Notes: generated by a model not told the origin, from the letters alone. Positions 28,301 through 40,732 are shown, counted from the stretch's first letter. The stretch is 64,000 nt of DNA from Antedon mediterranea (GCF_964355755.1 NC_092673.1:34221648-34285647), one strand, 5' to 3'. Made by a program: numbers and translations.

Positions 28301-31300
28301 GAGTTTGAAAACGTAAGAAAGTAAACGCAAGTAAGCAGAAACTGTTATTGTTTATTTTTAATTTAGATTATTTTAATTACTGATTTAAGCATTATATGTT
28401 ACTAATTACACCGAAGTTGGAGATTATAATATCGAGGTAAATTAAATCGATAAAATATCATGTTTAAAAGAGAAACATTCGTATCAGTGAGTTTTAACTG
28501 CATACTAGACAATATATGTAACTTTAATCTGAACGAGTTCAAAACACACTGACCGAGGAAACATTGATATATTTTCTTAGCGATTTACATGGTGTTTCCG
28601 CAAGTTATTTTTTATGATGCATAACGTTTTAACAATTAGTTAGCGTCTAGATTATCATACCGAGTAGAGGCTTATTGATAGAGCTTCTGGTTTGTGACAA
28701 GCTGCAGCTAAACACTAAGTAATGTCTGGATAAGGCACACAAACGATTGTAACATAAATATACGTTATTGTTCCATTAAGTAAATTTACAGTAACAGTAT
28801 ATATCCTAAGGTATAATCCCACCCCAACTTTATGTCTGATTTTATAAACAGCCATATCCTCGGGTATAGTCCCAGTATTGACTTTTGGTGTAGATGTAGG
28901 CGTCTCTCTAGCCAGTTCAGGTGAATTTTTACAAGAAATGCTTATTAAACATTGGTAAGATATGAACCAGAGTTTCCTTGGGTATAGTCCCAACTCCCAA
29001 AGTTGGATTATACCAGAGGATATACGGTATATTACTGAATGACATCATATGCAAAAATAAAAACTGTTTAGTACTTTGGAACAAGGCAAAATAAAGGTTA
29101 TTTGATTTGATCACCGGTAGTCTTGAAGATTTAAAGCATTTTGGCAAATAATCTCGCTCCTAAAAATAATTGTTTAATTAATCTGTAGATTTACATTTAC
29201 ATTTAAATAATGAAGTACAAGAAAGAATAATAAAATGTATTCAGCGTGTTCTCAGACAACCTTTTAGAACTAGAGTTAGTTCACGGTAAAATCAGGTGAT
29301 ATGGTAACACTACATACAAAATGTTCAGTGTTTTTACCTTTTTTCTCCTCACAAATCAATGTGACAAGATAAAAAAGACTTATTGGATTTTACATTTAAA
29401 TTTTTCGTTTTGGTCGGCTTAATATTTGATACGACATTTTCTGTCACAAAATAAATTAGAAAAACATTTGATGGTCAAAGAATTTAGTAGGATTTAAAAT
29501 GAGCAGAGTTTTTCTATGTTTTAGGTAAGAAAGATAATTAGACGACTTTGGCTTAAATAGAACTTTATATCAGTGTTTATACGACGGATTACATGTTTAT
29601 AACCATTTGAAATTGACAAAAAATTTTTGTTTATACAGTCATTCCAATTATTGGCAATTTCTTTCCTTCTCAAGGTTTAGTGTCCTTTATTTTAAGTAAC
29701 TTAATTGTAATTTCTACCATTCTATAAGGTTTCCGAATTGCTGGTGGAATTATATTAATTAATTGCTAGTAGATTTTTTCAACTTATATATTCATATCAA
29801 TTTAGTTTCTGAAAATAAATGAACAGGATGGGTTATGTTTGTGTTACGTATACAGATTCCAATCACTGCAATTATAGAGGGCGCACATAAAGAAATACAG
29901 GTACTGATGTCAATTTTATTTTTTTCAAACTTGAAAGTATCAATTTGATAGCTTGCATAAACTTGAAACAGATCATTGTCATCTGGCTTCAGTACAATTT
30001 ATCGAAATCAATTTTAGTTTTTCACAAATTGAAGTACAGTTTTATCAATTTAAAGTGAACTAAATGGAGGTTGAAAATATTGCAAACTTGACCTGGAAAA
30101 TCATAGAATTTACAAAATCTTTTCCAGGCTTGGAAAGTCATGGAAACAGGATGAAGACAATTTCCTTTTTTTTTTAAATCAGAAAGCATAAATTTGGCTA
30201 GAAAAGTCAAGGAAATTAGGTTCTTTTTATAAATCCTGGTAATGAAAGAGCAAAGAAACATTATTTACCTATGAGATAAACATCTCCTCTTGATTCCCAT
30301 TTAGACTGTATATCAGAGATCAAACCTTCAACCCCATAGCCAAGTTTGGAGCTAATCAAATGCACATTGAGAATCTGTTCAGGATTGCATACATTGTGTT
30401 CAACACTAGAATCTCTTAACTGCTTTTGTATCCTCTTATGACAGTCATGCGAGTCCGCAGGTAGCAGATCTATTTTATTACCAATCAGCATAACTTGTTT
30501 GTTCGAACCAACCTTTGTTTTCATATTTGGGATGAAACTTATTGGGAAATCCAAGAGGTCAACCATAACTAAAATAAGTGCGTATTTGTCTTTGATCTCG
30601 TGAAACATTTCATCAAAATCGTTCTCAGTAACGCTGATGTTAATTGCATGGTTATATTTCATAATTAACATACATCGCTGACACGGAGTTTTGATGAGTT
30701 CCAACTCGGAGAGTTTCTTGAATCTTTCGCTTGCCAGGTAACCACCAGCTGTGGCATCTTGACAATGAAGCAATGCACCACACCCACAGCATGGTACCGA
30801 TGTCAAAGGTGACTCCGGGTCAGGAGTGCCATACAATTTTAAGAAGTCAATTGTTTTCTTTTTTAATTTTGGTTTCTTTTTAGTGATAACTTTCACCACT
30901 TCAGCGATACTCGGTTCAAGTTCTTCTAAACGTACATTTGCCGGGAGATTCTGTCCTTCAGGAATCTTCTCTGTTTTCACCCCACGCACAACATCTCGTT
31001 TTACAGCCGTTTTATTAACCCTCCGAACAAGTTCTAACTCCTCCCGTAATTTTGCTAAAGAATCCATGTCAAATTTTTCATCTGACATGTGAATTGAAGT
31101 TGGTCTCTCGTGAGGTTGAAACTGAACATCCTCATCGTTTTCTTTTGATTCTTTTCGATCTATTTTAATTGTTTTTGGTCTGAAGCCAGCTTTATTAACC
31201 TCCAATAATTCAGCATCGCTCTTAACCTCTTGTATTGAGTCATATATCCAGTAAGAATTAGCAGAATCTACTCTGTCATTGGCTTCAGATTTTGTGGTTT

Positions 31301-31637
31301 CATCACTTGATGAAAAGTATTGACTATCGATTTCATTTAAGTCTTCCATATTAACGATCGATATTTCTTTTCTAACATCATTATTGATGTCTTTCGATGA
31401 AGATTTATCAATGTTAACATTCGTGGAATACTCAAGTACCTCTGAAAAAAATTGTTCATCAATATAGTTAACTTGGCTTTTATCACTATTTGAACACACA
31501 TTTGCCTTCTTGCTGGAGTCTCCATCCGTTGTAGCCGATAATTTTCGTGTATGGTTTATCCGTGAACAATGGGGCAGCCTCACATTTTTAAACACTCCCA
31601 CAGGATAAAAGGCTTTTAGTACTTTAGAGTGAATCAT
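10200..31637 (-). CDS. NOA1: Nitric oxide-associated protein 1 (mitochondrial YqeH-family circularly permuted GTPase), 7 coding exons: 31637-30269, 28191-27922, 26617-26442, 25744-25613, 15792-15676, 14786-14666, 10387-10200
   Basis: All junctions are GT-AG and phase-compatible (total 2373 nt, ~790 aa). N-terminal CCGCG..CQRC zinc finger, then permuted order G4 NKID, G5 ISSK, G1 GTANSGKS, G2 PGTT, G3 DTPG. C-terminal LGRLDY, ADILFASAGW and PALLPYVVN match NOA1. Confidence 0.95.
10505..10682 (-). mobile_element. SINE fragment (Deu/Nin-domain-like)
   Basis: Reverse complement reads ttctcggatagggactataaaccgtaggtccagtgtacac...ctttaaagaaacc; related to 22455-22560. Confidence 0.6.
11107..11425 (+). 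mobile_element. Short non-autonomous Kolobok-type element
   Basis: AGATGTATTGTCCCCCTG...TACATCT next to TTAA-like sites; same family as 507. Confidence 0.55.
11519..12158. repeat. Near-perfect tandem repeat, 64 bp x 10
   Basis: aaaaaacgatgtggtgttgttacattttatccactataatctatgtcatatatagaatatagct. Confidence 0.98.
14666..14786 (-). CDS. NOA1: NOA1 coding exon 6 (not in ORF track)
   Basis: VPAGGAERLETIAPLVACDDVTIKGIHQKHSAADILFASA(G); aag acceptor, gt donor. Confidence 0.9.
15676..15792 (-). CDS. NOA1: NOA1 coding exon 5 (not in ORF track)
   Basis: Hand translation GIQTIFCTMFAAPTLPVRVVDTENADEFYKENVGHPHLK; cag acceptor, gt donor, phase 0-0. Confidence 0.9.
16578..16661. repeat. 12-bp repeat (acagtatactat) x ~7
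   Basis: Direct reading. Confidence 0.95.
17320..17496. mobile_element. PIF/Harbinger-type MITE
   Basis: TIR ggccaatttacacag / ctgtgtaaattggc, TTA on both sides. Confidence 0.7.
17560..18163 (+). mobile_element. Non-autonomous Helentron/Helitron2-associated element (HINE, DINE-1-like)
   Basis: Subterminal IR acctccgcc (17566) / ggcggaggt (18128), 5' gttt microsatellite, 3' hairpin cactctcagagtg, end ctagtt. Confidence 0.8.
18371..19207. mobile_element. Non-autonomous PIF/Harbinger-type element
   Basis: TIR agcccctttctcacaga / tctgtgagaaaggggct, TTA target duplication, internal ccgg-rich subterminal repeats. Confidence 0.85.
19490..20456. repeat. 34-bp minisatellite, ~27 copies
   Basis: cgatgcacatactattg(tt/cc)acaactgtcacatta variants; the overlapping ORFs are artefacts of the repeat. 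Confidence 0.97.
22455..22560 (+). mobile_element. SINE fragment (Deu/Nin-domain-like)
   Basis: gtcttctcggataaggactataaaccgtaggtc...gcactttaaagaacc...gagtcgggg. Confidence 0.6.
22790..23272 (+). mobile_element. 3' end of L2/CR1-group LINE
   Basis: Decayed LNW..KCLTGTVPDYL..LVLPK..SGKRTFQY..LWNNL, followed by 3' UTR, aataaa and (tcta)n tail. Confidence 0.75.
23600..23721. mobile_element. Palindromic MITE (left end eroded)
   Basis: acactatcaaact ... agtttgatagtgtagacagagctta inverted repeat. Confidence 0.65.
24255..24600. repeat. AT-rich degenerate repeat with inverted units
   Basis: attattgattatgtctgaata units in both orientations; 18-bp perfect IR aaatatactgtacatgat / atcatgtacagtatattt. 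Confidence 0.75.
25140..25300 (-). repeat. Second copy of the hammerhead-bearing repeat (core mutated)
   Basis: Inverse of 4615-4835; core reads TTGATGA...AAAA. Confidence 0.7.
25613..25744 (-). CDS. NOA1: NOA1 coding exon 4
   Basis: VLSKLTAEELK...KPGQTIFLAGLGRLDYLQ; tag acceptor, gtaagt donor. Confidence 0.93.
26442..26617 (-). CDS. NOA1: NOA1 coding exon 3 (G3)
   Basis: WLYDTPGI; cag acceptor, gtgag donor. Confidence 0.93.
27625..27705. mobile_element. Decayed Tc1/mariner-type MITE (ggggacacc motif family)
   Basis: cccctattcaggggacacc / ggtgtcccctaaatagggg; related motifs at ~26815 and ~10712. Confidence 0.4.
27922..28191 (-). CDS. NOA1: NOA1 coding exon 2 (G1, G2)
   Basis: GTANSGKSTLFN...SRWPGTTLNLLKFP; cag acceptor, gtaag donor. 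Confidence 0.95.
30269..31637 (-). CDS. NOA1: NOA1 coding exon 1 (transit-peptide-like N-terminus, zinc finger, G4/G5)
   Basis: 458-aa ORF; donor G|gtaaat after DVYLI; upstream acceptor tttatacag at ~31679 implies a non-coding 5' exon. Confidence 0.95.
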
Positions 31638-32084
31638 ACTGAATCTTCTTGCAGTTTCACTTTGCTTTTAAAAATGACCTGTATAAAATAAAAAGGAATT
31701 GCAGTCAAATAAAATTATGTACTGTCTATTATTTTGTTTATACTGTAATGATTTTGGTGTTGAAGAAATAGGTAGAGGGCGGCAGATGGAGGCGGAGTTA
31801 GGCAGGAGGAGCGGCAGAGAACGGACGTGAGAAAAAGGGCAGAGAGGGATTGGAGAAGGAAGGCAATGGAGGGTGAACTCGAGGAGGGAGAGATTGGAGC
31901 TGGAAAAGCGGAGAACCAGGGAAAAGACGTGTTAAATAAGTAGAGAAATTGGAAAACAAAGTGTAGAGAAGATTAGAGAAAAGAGAAAGAGGAAATTAGA
32001 GTTGAATAATAAAAAGAGAGTTAAGACACAGTTTGTTTGTTTGAGTTTGAGTTACTGTTGGAGACATAGTGAGCCGGAGGATGC

Positions 32085-32255
32085 ACCTACTGGTTGTATC
32101 AGTATTTGAGACATAGTGGAGCCGGAGGTTATGCCATTGTTGGTGGTTACATTGCTGTTGGAGGTTACGCCATTCATTGTTGATGGTTACGCGTGTTGGT
32201 GGTTACGCTGCTGTTGCGCCGTTGTTGGTGGTTACGCCATTGTTGGAGGTTACGC
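32085..32255. repeat. Degenerate ~18-21 bp repeat after a GA-rich tract
   Basis: tgttgg(t/a)ggttacgc units. Confidence 0.7.
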
Positions 32256-33479
32256 TTTCCAACAATATTATTGAAAAGTTATTTATTCGCTAGAAATCGC
32301 CCACCCGACTATCTTCACAACAACCCCTCAACCCACAAGAGGTAGGCAGGTTGAGATCCGCGACTACTTTAATTAAATTGGAAAAACTGAAAAAAGATGG
32401 AAGCTGCAGATGAGAGCATTCAAAAAGAGTTGCCGAATTGATGATGGAAGATGAGTCATCATTTGAGTGCTGCAACTTGAAGATGAACTCCAAATATTGA
32501 TGGCCAATGATGAAGTCAAACCATCAGTTGTAAAGCCAGATTGTTGGTTGATTTCATGATCGATTGTGGAGTTCCCAAAAAACGCATTTCCTTATTGATA
32601 GAACGTGTAGGATGGTGGTTTTGTGTATAGGCCTAGTTAAAAAAGGTCTACAATTGAAACTATTGGTATTGGGAGCTTGGTGTAGTTAGTTAGATTTGAG
32701 TTGAGTTTAGAGCTACCTAAGGAAGGTCTCTTCATACAATACAAACTTAAACCTTTTCATCTGTAGGCCTAGCTAGCCTAAAATTAAAAAAGGCCTGTAG
32801 GCTACAGTATATTCTAGAGGGGTCCCTTCTAGAGTAGTAGGCCTAGGCCTAGGCTAGGCCTAGCCTTTTAAAAATTGGATGCTGATATTTTTAAACAGTT
32901 TAATTATATGTATTCCTAGGATCACACTTCAAAAATAACAATTACCTTTTTTGAGTTGTTTTATTTAGGCTGTTATCATCTGATTCTCTGTATACATTTT
33001 TGAGTAATAAGAAAAGCATGCAAAGAAATAAATACAAACTACCCCCTCTATAGTAAATTGTATAAATAACAACACTGTGACGTGTATGTAGTAGCAGGGT
33101 AGCATGTATGCTTTATAAAGAGGCCAAAATAATATTGATATCATGCCAGTGCATGCCAACAAACATTGCCGTTTTGGCCAGGAGACTCCCATATTTTACC
33201 TCATCCAATATTCAATTTTTATCCAAAAGTAAATTCAGGTGCTGTCAGAAGCAGGATATGCGACAGGAAAAAAAAAATTGAATACAATGTAGAATTCTAT
33301 ATTTCAGATTCTATTGTAAATTTACTGTGACATACAATGGCTGTGTTTGCAATGCCAAATCTCGTCACAGTAAATTTACATGAGCAATGTCATTTTTTGA
33401 GTAATTGTAATTACAGAAAATGATGGAAGTAGAATTTTTAGAGAAAGATAAAGAAAAGATGTACTGATCAGAAAGAAAG

Positions 33480-33670
33480 CATGGGATGCCAAGGCAATAC
33501 ATTACATCGCATACACGTCATCCAAAATGAAGAGGCCACATTTAAGATGGTCCAGAGTTTGTTGTATGAAAATGAGGTAACCCACACTGGACTTCACCAA
33601 AGCTAATGGTCTTATTTGTGACGACACAGTCTTGGAAATTAAATTCCCATTGTCCGCTGTACCCTATGAG
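33480..33670 (+). pseudogene. YqaJ/lambda-exonuclease-like fragment (transposon accessory gene)
   Basis: EVTHTGLH then ANGLICDDTVLEIKFP (33602-33649), resembling SPDGL..LEIKCP. Confidence 0.6.
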
Positions 33671-35573
33671 AGCATTTCAAGGGCTGTTACTCAAAGTACT
33701 ACCACCAGATACAAGGACAACTGCATCTAACTGACTGCTTAAAATGCTATTTCGCAGTGTATGTACCACGCAAAGGTCATCTTGAGGTAGAGAATGGAAG
33801 TCGAACAATGCCTGTACATGGTAATATATTGAAAAGCGACCCCACTCTTTATGATATGCGCACAATTACAATAATGTAAATGCCGATAAACAGTTTAACC
33901 TGCCTCCTTCTGTCTTGTACAGTAAAATCATAGCAATAAATACCGTTTCCTGATGACAAGAATTGCAAAAATAAGGAGACATTGTTTAGAACATTTGTAT
34001 ACTTTTATTAAGATTTATATATCTAGTCTCTAACCATTGATATATCCATGAATGACTTTGCAGTTTCTTTGATATAAGTTGCAACTAAATAAACCAGCGC
34101 ACAGCACAACATTAAATGTAGCCTTATCGGGTAGACCTTATCTAACATTTCAGCCAAAAATGTATATCTCTAGGTCTTTGATTAGCTTACAGTAGCCTTT
34201 TGTTCCAGCTCGTATTGTAACATTGTTAATTCATTGTCATTGTTATTACTGCATCTTTCTAACTTTGGAATTCCAATTCTTCAACTGAGGTGTTCCAAGA
34301 CAATCATAGGAATGTGCACTATTAAACTGGCCTGTGTCTTCTGTGCAGGTAGTTAAAAAGATGATTCCATGCCTCATTTAGGTTGTTTAAATACATGATA
34401 CATGATGTAAAATATAATTACTAATTTCACCCCTATCATATTCGGCCTTGTTCTGCTATTTGTTTGGAAATTGGATATGCTTACAATGTGGCCAGCATTT
34501 TTGTTGGGCAAGTCTATTTCGTGTTGCTGAATATGTCTGGCCAGCATTTGCCGGACTCGCCTAGCCTGTCAACATAAATATCAGAATACTAATAAAATGA
34601 TCGTTTAAGAAAGAGAGTTTATAGAGTAGTTTACTACTCTATAAGAGTTGCATCTAAAAATCTACTGGAAAATACAGCTGCAAAGACCTACAAAGTTACC
34701 ACACAAATAGGATTAAAAGGCATTTTTCCTTTTTTAGTCAGTCCCCGTTGCGCCAACTTTTTAGAATACGATTATGTGAAAGGTTGGTGCTACAGGGGAG
34801 AATGCTGAATGATAACGATTAGCTCAAACTTCCTAAATTCAGCATAAAAAAACAAGAACTGTCCACTTCAAAACAAGAACATAATAATGATTTGTTATTA
34901 TTTTGAATAATGTTCTTTTACAGGTTGTCTTGTCCAAGTTCTCTTGGCTATTTGTACCAATCAATGTACCTAACCACTGGATACTGCTTGTCGCACACAT
35001 ACCATCAATGTCAGTAGTCTGTCTGGATTCCCTAAACAAGAACAACAACATGCATATTATTAACTATGTAATTATTTTTTAGTAGAGTTTTAGGAGAAAT
35101 ATAGTTGAAGGGCCTACTAATTCTTGGCAGTCATTTCTTTGCCGTATTAAATGAAATGCCATTCCAACCGAAAGTGAGTGGTGGGAAACCGCCATACTTG
35201 TCCGCAAAGCAGAGGAGATTGTTGGAGGATATGGACGGACCAGTACGTCCTATGGATCCAAAGTCCATGGACCAACTAGATAAGTCAGTGGGACACACCT
35301 GCTACCGAACCCCGAGGTTATTAACGTGACCCGATAATAAAAATGATTAATTAATGATAAAGCAGGCAACATCCCAGGCAGCTATTGATCGTGTAAAAGA
35401 GTAATGAAAAGATGAACTGCAGAACGCGATGAGGAAAAAATTAAAGATCATGGAACATGGTATTTGAAGTTTTTGCAAAATAGTAGTATTATAGTTGTTT
35501 CCTCTGATGCTTGCCTGATTGCTTGGCCCGTGTCGTGTGTTCATGTTGACAATCTTGCATCTATCTCATAAAA

Positions 35574-37155
35574 ATGCTGAAACAGTGTGTTTTCTTTGGG
35601 TGTAGTAACATTTCTAAAGATGGAATCAGTTTGCATTTCTTTCCTAAAGACAAATCCTTTTTTAAAAAAGTGGGAAAAGGTTGTAGCAACCAAGAGAAAA
35701 AACTGGAAAGCCAGCCCGTATTCTTGTGTATGCTCTGAACACTTCAGCGAAGACCAGTTTGTGGAATATAATTCCGTCAAGGCCCAGCTTGGTTTTGCAA
35801 ACAGGTTTGTAATAATTTACTATTTTAATAAGTAATATTAAAATATTAATAATAGCGTACTTACTACAGTAGCTAGGCAACTAGGACTAGCCCTACTTTA
35901 GGCCTAGTAGTAGTAAGCCTGGGTAACTAGCCTAAGGCCTAGGTTAGTTGAGGCGTCCGTGGGGTATGAAGAACAAACAATGGTGCACTGACACCAATTG
36001 TTCACTTTGCCTTTTTTTTGAGACGTTGTGATTTGTTTATTGAATCAATCTTTTTGATGGCATTGAAAATCTAAATCACGTATGGGATGACGACGATTTG
36101 AAGCAGTGTATCACCCGATCAAAAATAATTACTACTAGGCTAGGCCTAGTATTAGATGTTCCCAAATATGTTGGAAATTAAGAAGTTTGTGATCAAGATC
36201 AAATGCATAGGCCTAGGCCTATTTTCTTTTTACAGAAAAAAAATTAAAGCCTGATGCCATTCCCTTTCATCGTGGATGTTGTGAACAACTGGCCAATGAC
36301 AAACAGAAACTAGGCCCAGGCCGTTCTGCATACCAAAACAGGGAAAGTGAAAGAGAGTCTGTTCACAAAAAAAGTGAAATTGAAAGGGTGAGTGATTACC
36401 TAATGATCTTCAAGTATTGAATTGGATGAAGGTGAAAGTGATGAGTACAAACGCCATGTTACAGTTTCATTTTGATGCAATCAATTACATGTTAGTTATT
36501 TTACATTCTGACCTTGTAAACCTTTTTATATTATTTCAGTTCTAATGACTTTGAGTACGAATTAAACCATGAGGTAAAATATGTTGTGTTCCGCTCAATG
36601 CTATTTACCCTATGTCAACTGTGTGGCAAAAAAAGTGCTAAAGCAGCAACAACTTGTATAGGGACATTAATAATAATAAATCAGACTTGTCGAGCATGTG
36701 ATGGAAGTTTCCAGTGGAAAAGCCAGCCATACATCGGAGCAATTCCAGCTGGAAATCTTTTATTGAGTGCTGCCATTTTGTTCTCTGGTGCTTTGCCAAG
36801 TAAGGCATTGAAATTGTTACGCTTTTGGGGTGTGACAATATATGAAAGACACACCTTCTTCAGACACCAAAACAAATTTTTAATACCTGCTGTTAACAAT
36901 TTATGGGACAGAAAGCAAACAGATTTGCTTAGAGTGGCTCGACAGTCCGAAGTGACATTAGGTGGTGATGCACGATGTGACAGCATGGGGCATTCGGCAA
37001 AATATGGAAGCTATACTTTATTAGACCTGGATAGAAAAAAGATCTTGGCTATGGAGCTTGTTCAGGTAAGATTGTTGCTGCATGGAATTTTATTCAATTG
37101 ATTTTTTTGAACGGACCGGCATGCTCAAATTCAGAAGTGGCTAAGAGACAACTGT
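35574..37155 (+). pseudogene. THAP domain plus Kolobok-like DDE transposase, spliced and truncated
   Basis: MLKQCVFFGC..LHFFP, a frameshift, W..CVCSEHF, exon KLKPDAIP (36236); WKSQP..AGNLLLSAAILFSG..LGGDARCDSMGHSAKYGSY; TDRHAQIQKWL at ~37111. Confidence 0.8.
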
Positions 37156-37174
37156 AGTCAAATAGTGGTAGTCA

Positions 37175-40100
37175 AAATGAGAAGGGGTTTTTCCAGCAGT
37201 GTGTCGTTCCTACATGGAGAGGCCTCACAAGTTGTTATTGGGTTAGGTTCGACTGCAAGCTTAAAGTTGTATTGTCCCCCAAAACATGAAAAATGAAGAT
37301 CAATTAAATCAAATTTTGAATAGACCATATTGTAGCTATAATAAAGTTGTTCACTTTCGCCAAAAAAAAATCCGAAAAAATTATTAATTTCGCTAAGAAA
37401 AAAACAAAATAAGTTAATCAATTTTCCCAACTTGTCAGCTCAAAATTTAGGCCGATAGAGCTAACTCATAAATATGCATGATATGTTAATGAGCATCGAC
37501 ACAGCTGGGATCTGATCTAACAAACATGGATGATGCACGTTGTACAAACACCCAGAGATCGACGCGACTCGACTGGGGGTTTCCCCTGATCGTATGTAAA
37601 GCTAAGCTGTTAATTTGTCGGTAAGTAGGCCTAGACGGTAATTTTAAATATAATAATTATATATATAACGCAAACTAGACAGACGTAGGCCTAGAATAAT
37701 ACATGCATAGGCATAGGCTAGTAGTAGTACCGTAGTAGAGCAGGCAGGCTGCTGGGACAATTGGGTCCCTGCAGAAAATGCCCAGCTAGGCCCTTTACAT
37801 TGTACTCTTCATAGACTGGCCTAGGCTAGGCCATCAATCCGAAAATACAGCCAGTCTGCTGTACCATATACATAATTTACAGTTGAATCTTGTTTAACTA
37901 GTTTTATGATAAAAATAAAATAAACATTTTTTCAGGGAAAATGGTTACAATACAATACAACTTACAAGCCTGAAGTTGAGAACCTTCCTCCAGCAGCAAG
38001 TACAAGTAGACAGAGGGGAAAAGCCAGCTTAGCCATTTTACAACACAAACTACTGTTCTTTACCATGTTACTCTGTACTGTAGTAAGTCAAATACTGTAC
38101 TTGTTTTCTCTTTATTAAGTTGTAATGTGTTTTACCATAAAAAGTTAGTGTAGGCCTACTTATATGTCAAAGCAAGCAATTTCACTAGCCCACATTTTGT
38201 ACAAAATGTCCATGATCTAGACCTATTTCTAAATACCAAATTCCAGGTTTTCGTACTTTGCCGAAATTAAAAACTTTAGATTTTGTGAAATATTTAACTT
38301 ATTTATACATCATTATTTAAAAATTTTTATTTAAAGACGTTGAGCTGATGAAGACTGGAACAGAGGTCACATTCGTACTTCATAAAGACAACTCAAGATA
38401 GACTCTGTATTGGAATATGATTGGATATTGCAAGAAAAATATTTGTGATGCTGCATTCGGCCAGTATGTTCCTGTTCAGCTTGTAAAATGTATAATTTTT
38501 TTTATAAAGCAATAATATTTGTACAGTATATTATTTTGTAAACATTCAATAAATAAAAAATACTACTACAACAGTACACAGAATAAATTCTTCAACTTTA
38601 CTTACACTTCATAATGTTACTGTAAATATTACAGTGCAAAAGGAGTTAATAAAAAATATATATATATACAGTTACAGTATAGCTTATTGAATTCCTGTAT
38701 TGTTTTTTGTGTCAATTTGTCTACTAATATCAATGTGTTGATTGTGGCAGTAATTACGGCAGCTATAGTCTTCTAAGATCGCTCATATCCATTACAAAGT
38801 GTCATTTTAATAGTAAGAAATGTTTCAATAAATTTGTGAATGTTGCCACTCTGTACGGTACATTTTGTGTTTCTCACTACTTCACTTGCTCTTATTGTTC
38901 AATCAATGTTAATACCTGAAAAAAAAGAAGAAATTTGTATCAAAATATCTGCACAAAATGGTTAATTGTGCAAATGTTGATTTGAAGCTATTGCATTTGA
39001 TGCAGAAAATATTTTTAAAATACTGTACAGTAAAAACATCCAAAACAATATTTAGATTTATTTGGTAATTTTCTCTGCAGAATAGATAGTTGAAATCCTA
39101 ACAAATTAAACCAATTCATCATGATGGAAAAAAAAATTATAAACCAAAAATACACCCCTCCTGGTGGTGGTCTAGCCCTAGCTAGCAGTGTACTGCCTAG
39201 CCTAGGCCTACCTCTACTTCTAGAAACAGAAGGAGGCAGCAGGTAAGGCTACCCGAAACTGCCTGCCATGTGGTTGTGCTAGTACTACTAGGCCTAGGCC
39301 TAGGCTAGTACAGTAGCAGCAAATTCGGGCCTAGCCTAGGCCTAACTAGGCCTCTCCTGCTAGCGAAACAAAAACTCACCTAAATAAATAAGATTCAACA
39401 TCAAAGTTACCAACCGCAGTTCTACTTAGTATTCTGCTACAGTGCTAGCTATAGTCTATCGTCTCGCGTCAACGTCACTACTCGACTCTCTCTATGCATT
39501 GCCATCGTCGCGTTGTTGGCTGTTTGTTGAGCAAGAGAACCATCATCCACACGATGTATCCATACAATATGAATATTTATGAGCTAACTCAGGTCAAGGG
39601 TTAAATTAAACCGGAACACGTTTGTCTTCCAGACAAATAGCTTCCGGTTGGTTAATTTTTGCTTTAAATTACGATTTTCTCGAGTAAATAATTTTTCTTT
39701 TCGATCCAATTTGAGTTCAAAGTGAATAACTTTCATGTGCAATTAAAATGGCCTATTCAACAAAAATATTTAAAAAAAAAATGTTTTCAGGGGGACAATA
39801 CATCTTTAACCACTTTACAAACAAAATTAAAATCCTTGTTTGCTGAACTTTTAGAAAAGTTTTATTCTTCGAAACAAAGTTCAGACGAATCTGTAGCAGG
39901 CTTTGCCTGTAGAATAGAGGTACTTTTCCATAGGATTTTAAAATCAAACACTCAGGCTAGATCTACAGAGGCTGCACTACATGAAGTCATGTGGAAATGT
40001 CTTGCAAATCAGTCACTTAAATTGGCAGGTTGCTACTTTTTCAGAATTAGTTAAAAGTTTCGTATTCTTGAACAGGAATTTTCAACCATGGACTCCACCT

Positions 40101-40226
40101 AAGCCAACAACCATCCCTGTTCAATCTAATGAATTAACAGCCCTTATAGCAGTATTGAGTAGGTTGGATAAATTAGAATTAAACCAGTCTGCATCACCAG
40201 CTCAACCCAAAAGTCTAAACCCATAG
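37175..40226 (+). pseudogene. PNMA-like Gypsy gag fragment interrupted by the Kolobok-type element
   Basis: Rejoined frame HGEASQVVIGLGSTASL|TTLQTKLKSLFAELLEKFYSSKQSSDESVAGFACRIE. Confidence 0.75.
37265..39805. mobile_element. Non-autonomous Kolobok-type DNA transposon, 2541 bp
   Basis: TTAA duplication (37261-64, 39806-09); TIR AGTTGTATTGTCCCCC / GGGGGACAATACATCT; removing it restores the gag frame. Confidence 0.88.
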
Positions 40227-40732
40227 ACCCATAGACCATAGTAAAGTCATTAAGATTTGGTAAGAGGGAACATTTCCTCATGGCGTATTTGGTTAGATTT
40301 GATGTTGGCTGAACTAGCTCTAAACTCATTAAATCTAACAATAGGCTTTGATTACAGCAGGAAATACATGTAAAACAAATTTAAGCACTGCTGAGAAATA
40401 ATAAATACTAGCTATTGGAAGCAATGCAATATAAACCATGTCACCTTGCCTATATATTATAGAGTAGGCCTAGCTAGCCTTTCAAATTGGATGCTGATAT
40501 ATTTTAAACATATTTTTATTTTAATTGCAAGGTAAAACACTATGAACAAATTTATTCAGATCAATACAAAGTACCCCCTCTATATTAAATTGTATAAATA
40601 ACAACACTGTGTACATGTAGCAAGGGTAGCAATGCCAAAATAATATTGATATTATGGTACATACATGCCATTTTGGCCAGAATCCGCTTCAACAACAAAA
40701 CAAAAATGTACCAATTAAGCAGGTTATAGTGT

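Noticed and set aside
30826-31092. + strand ORF
   Set aside because: Antisense shadow of NOA1 exon 1; the same applies to 26296-26616 and 27937-28161
38345-38372. CTGATGAAGAC...GTC hammerhead-like motif
   Set aside because: GAAA box is absent after stem II
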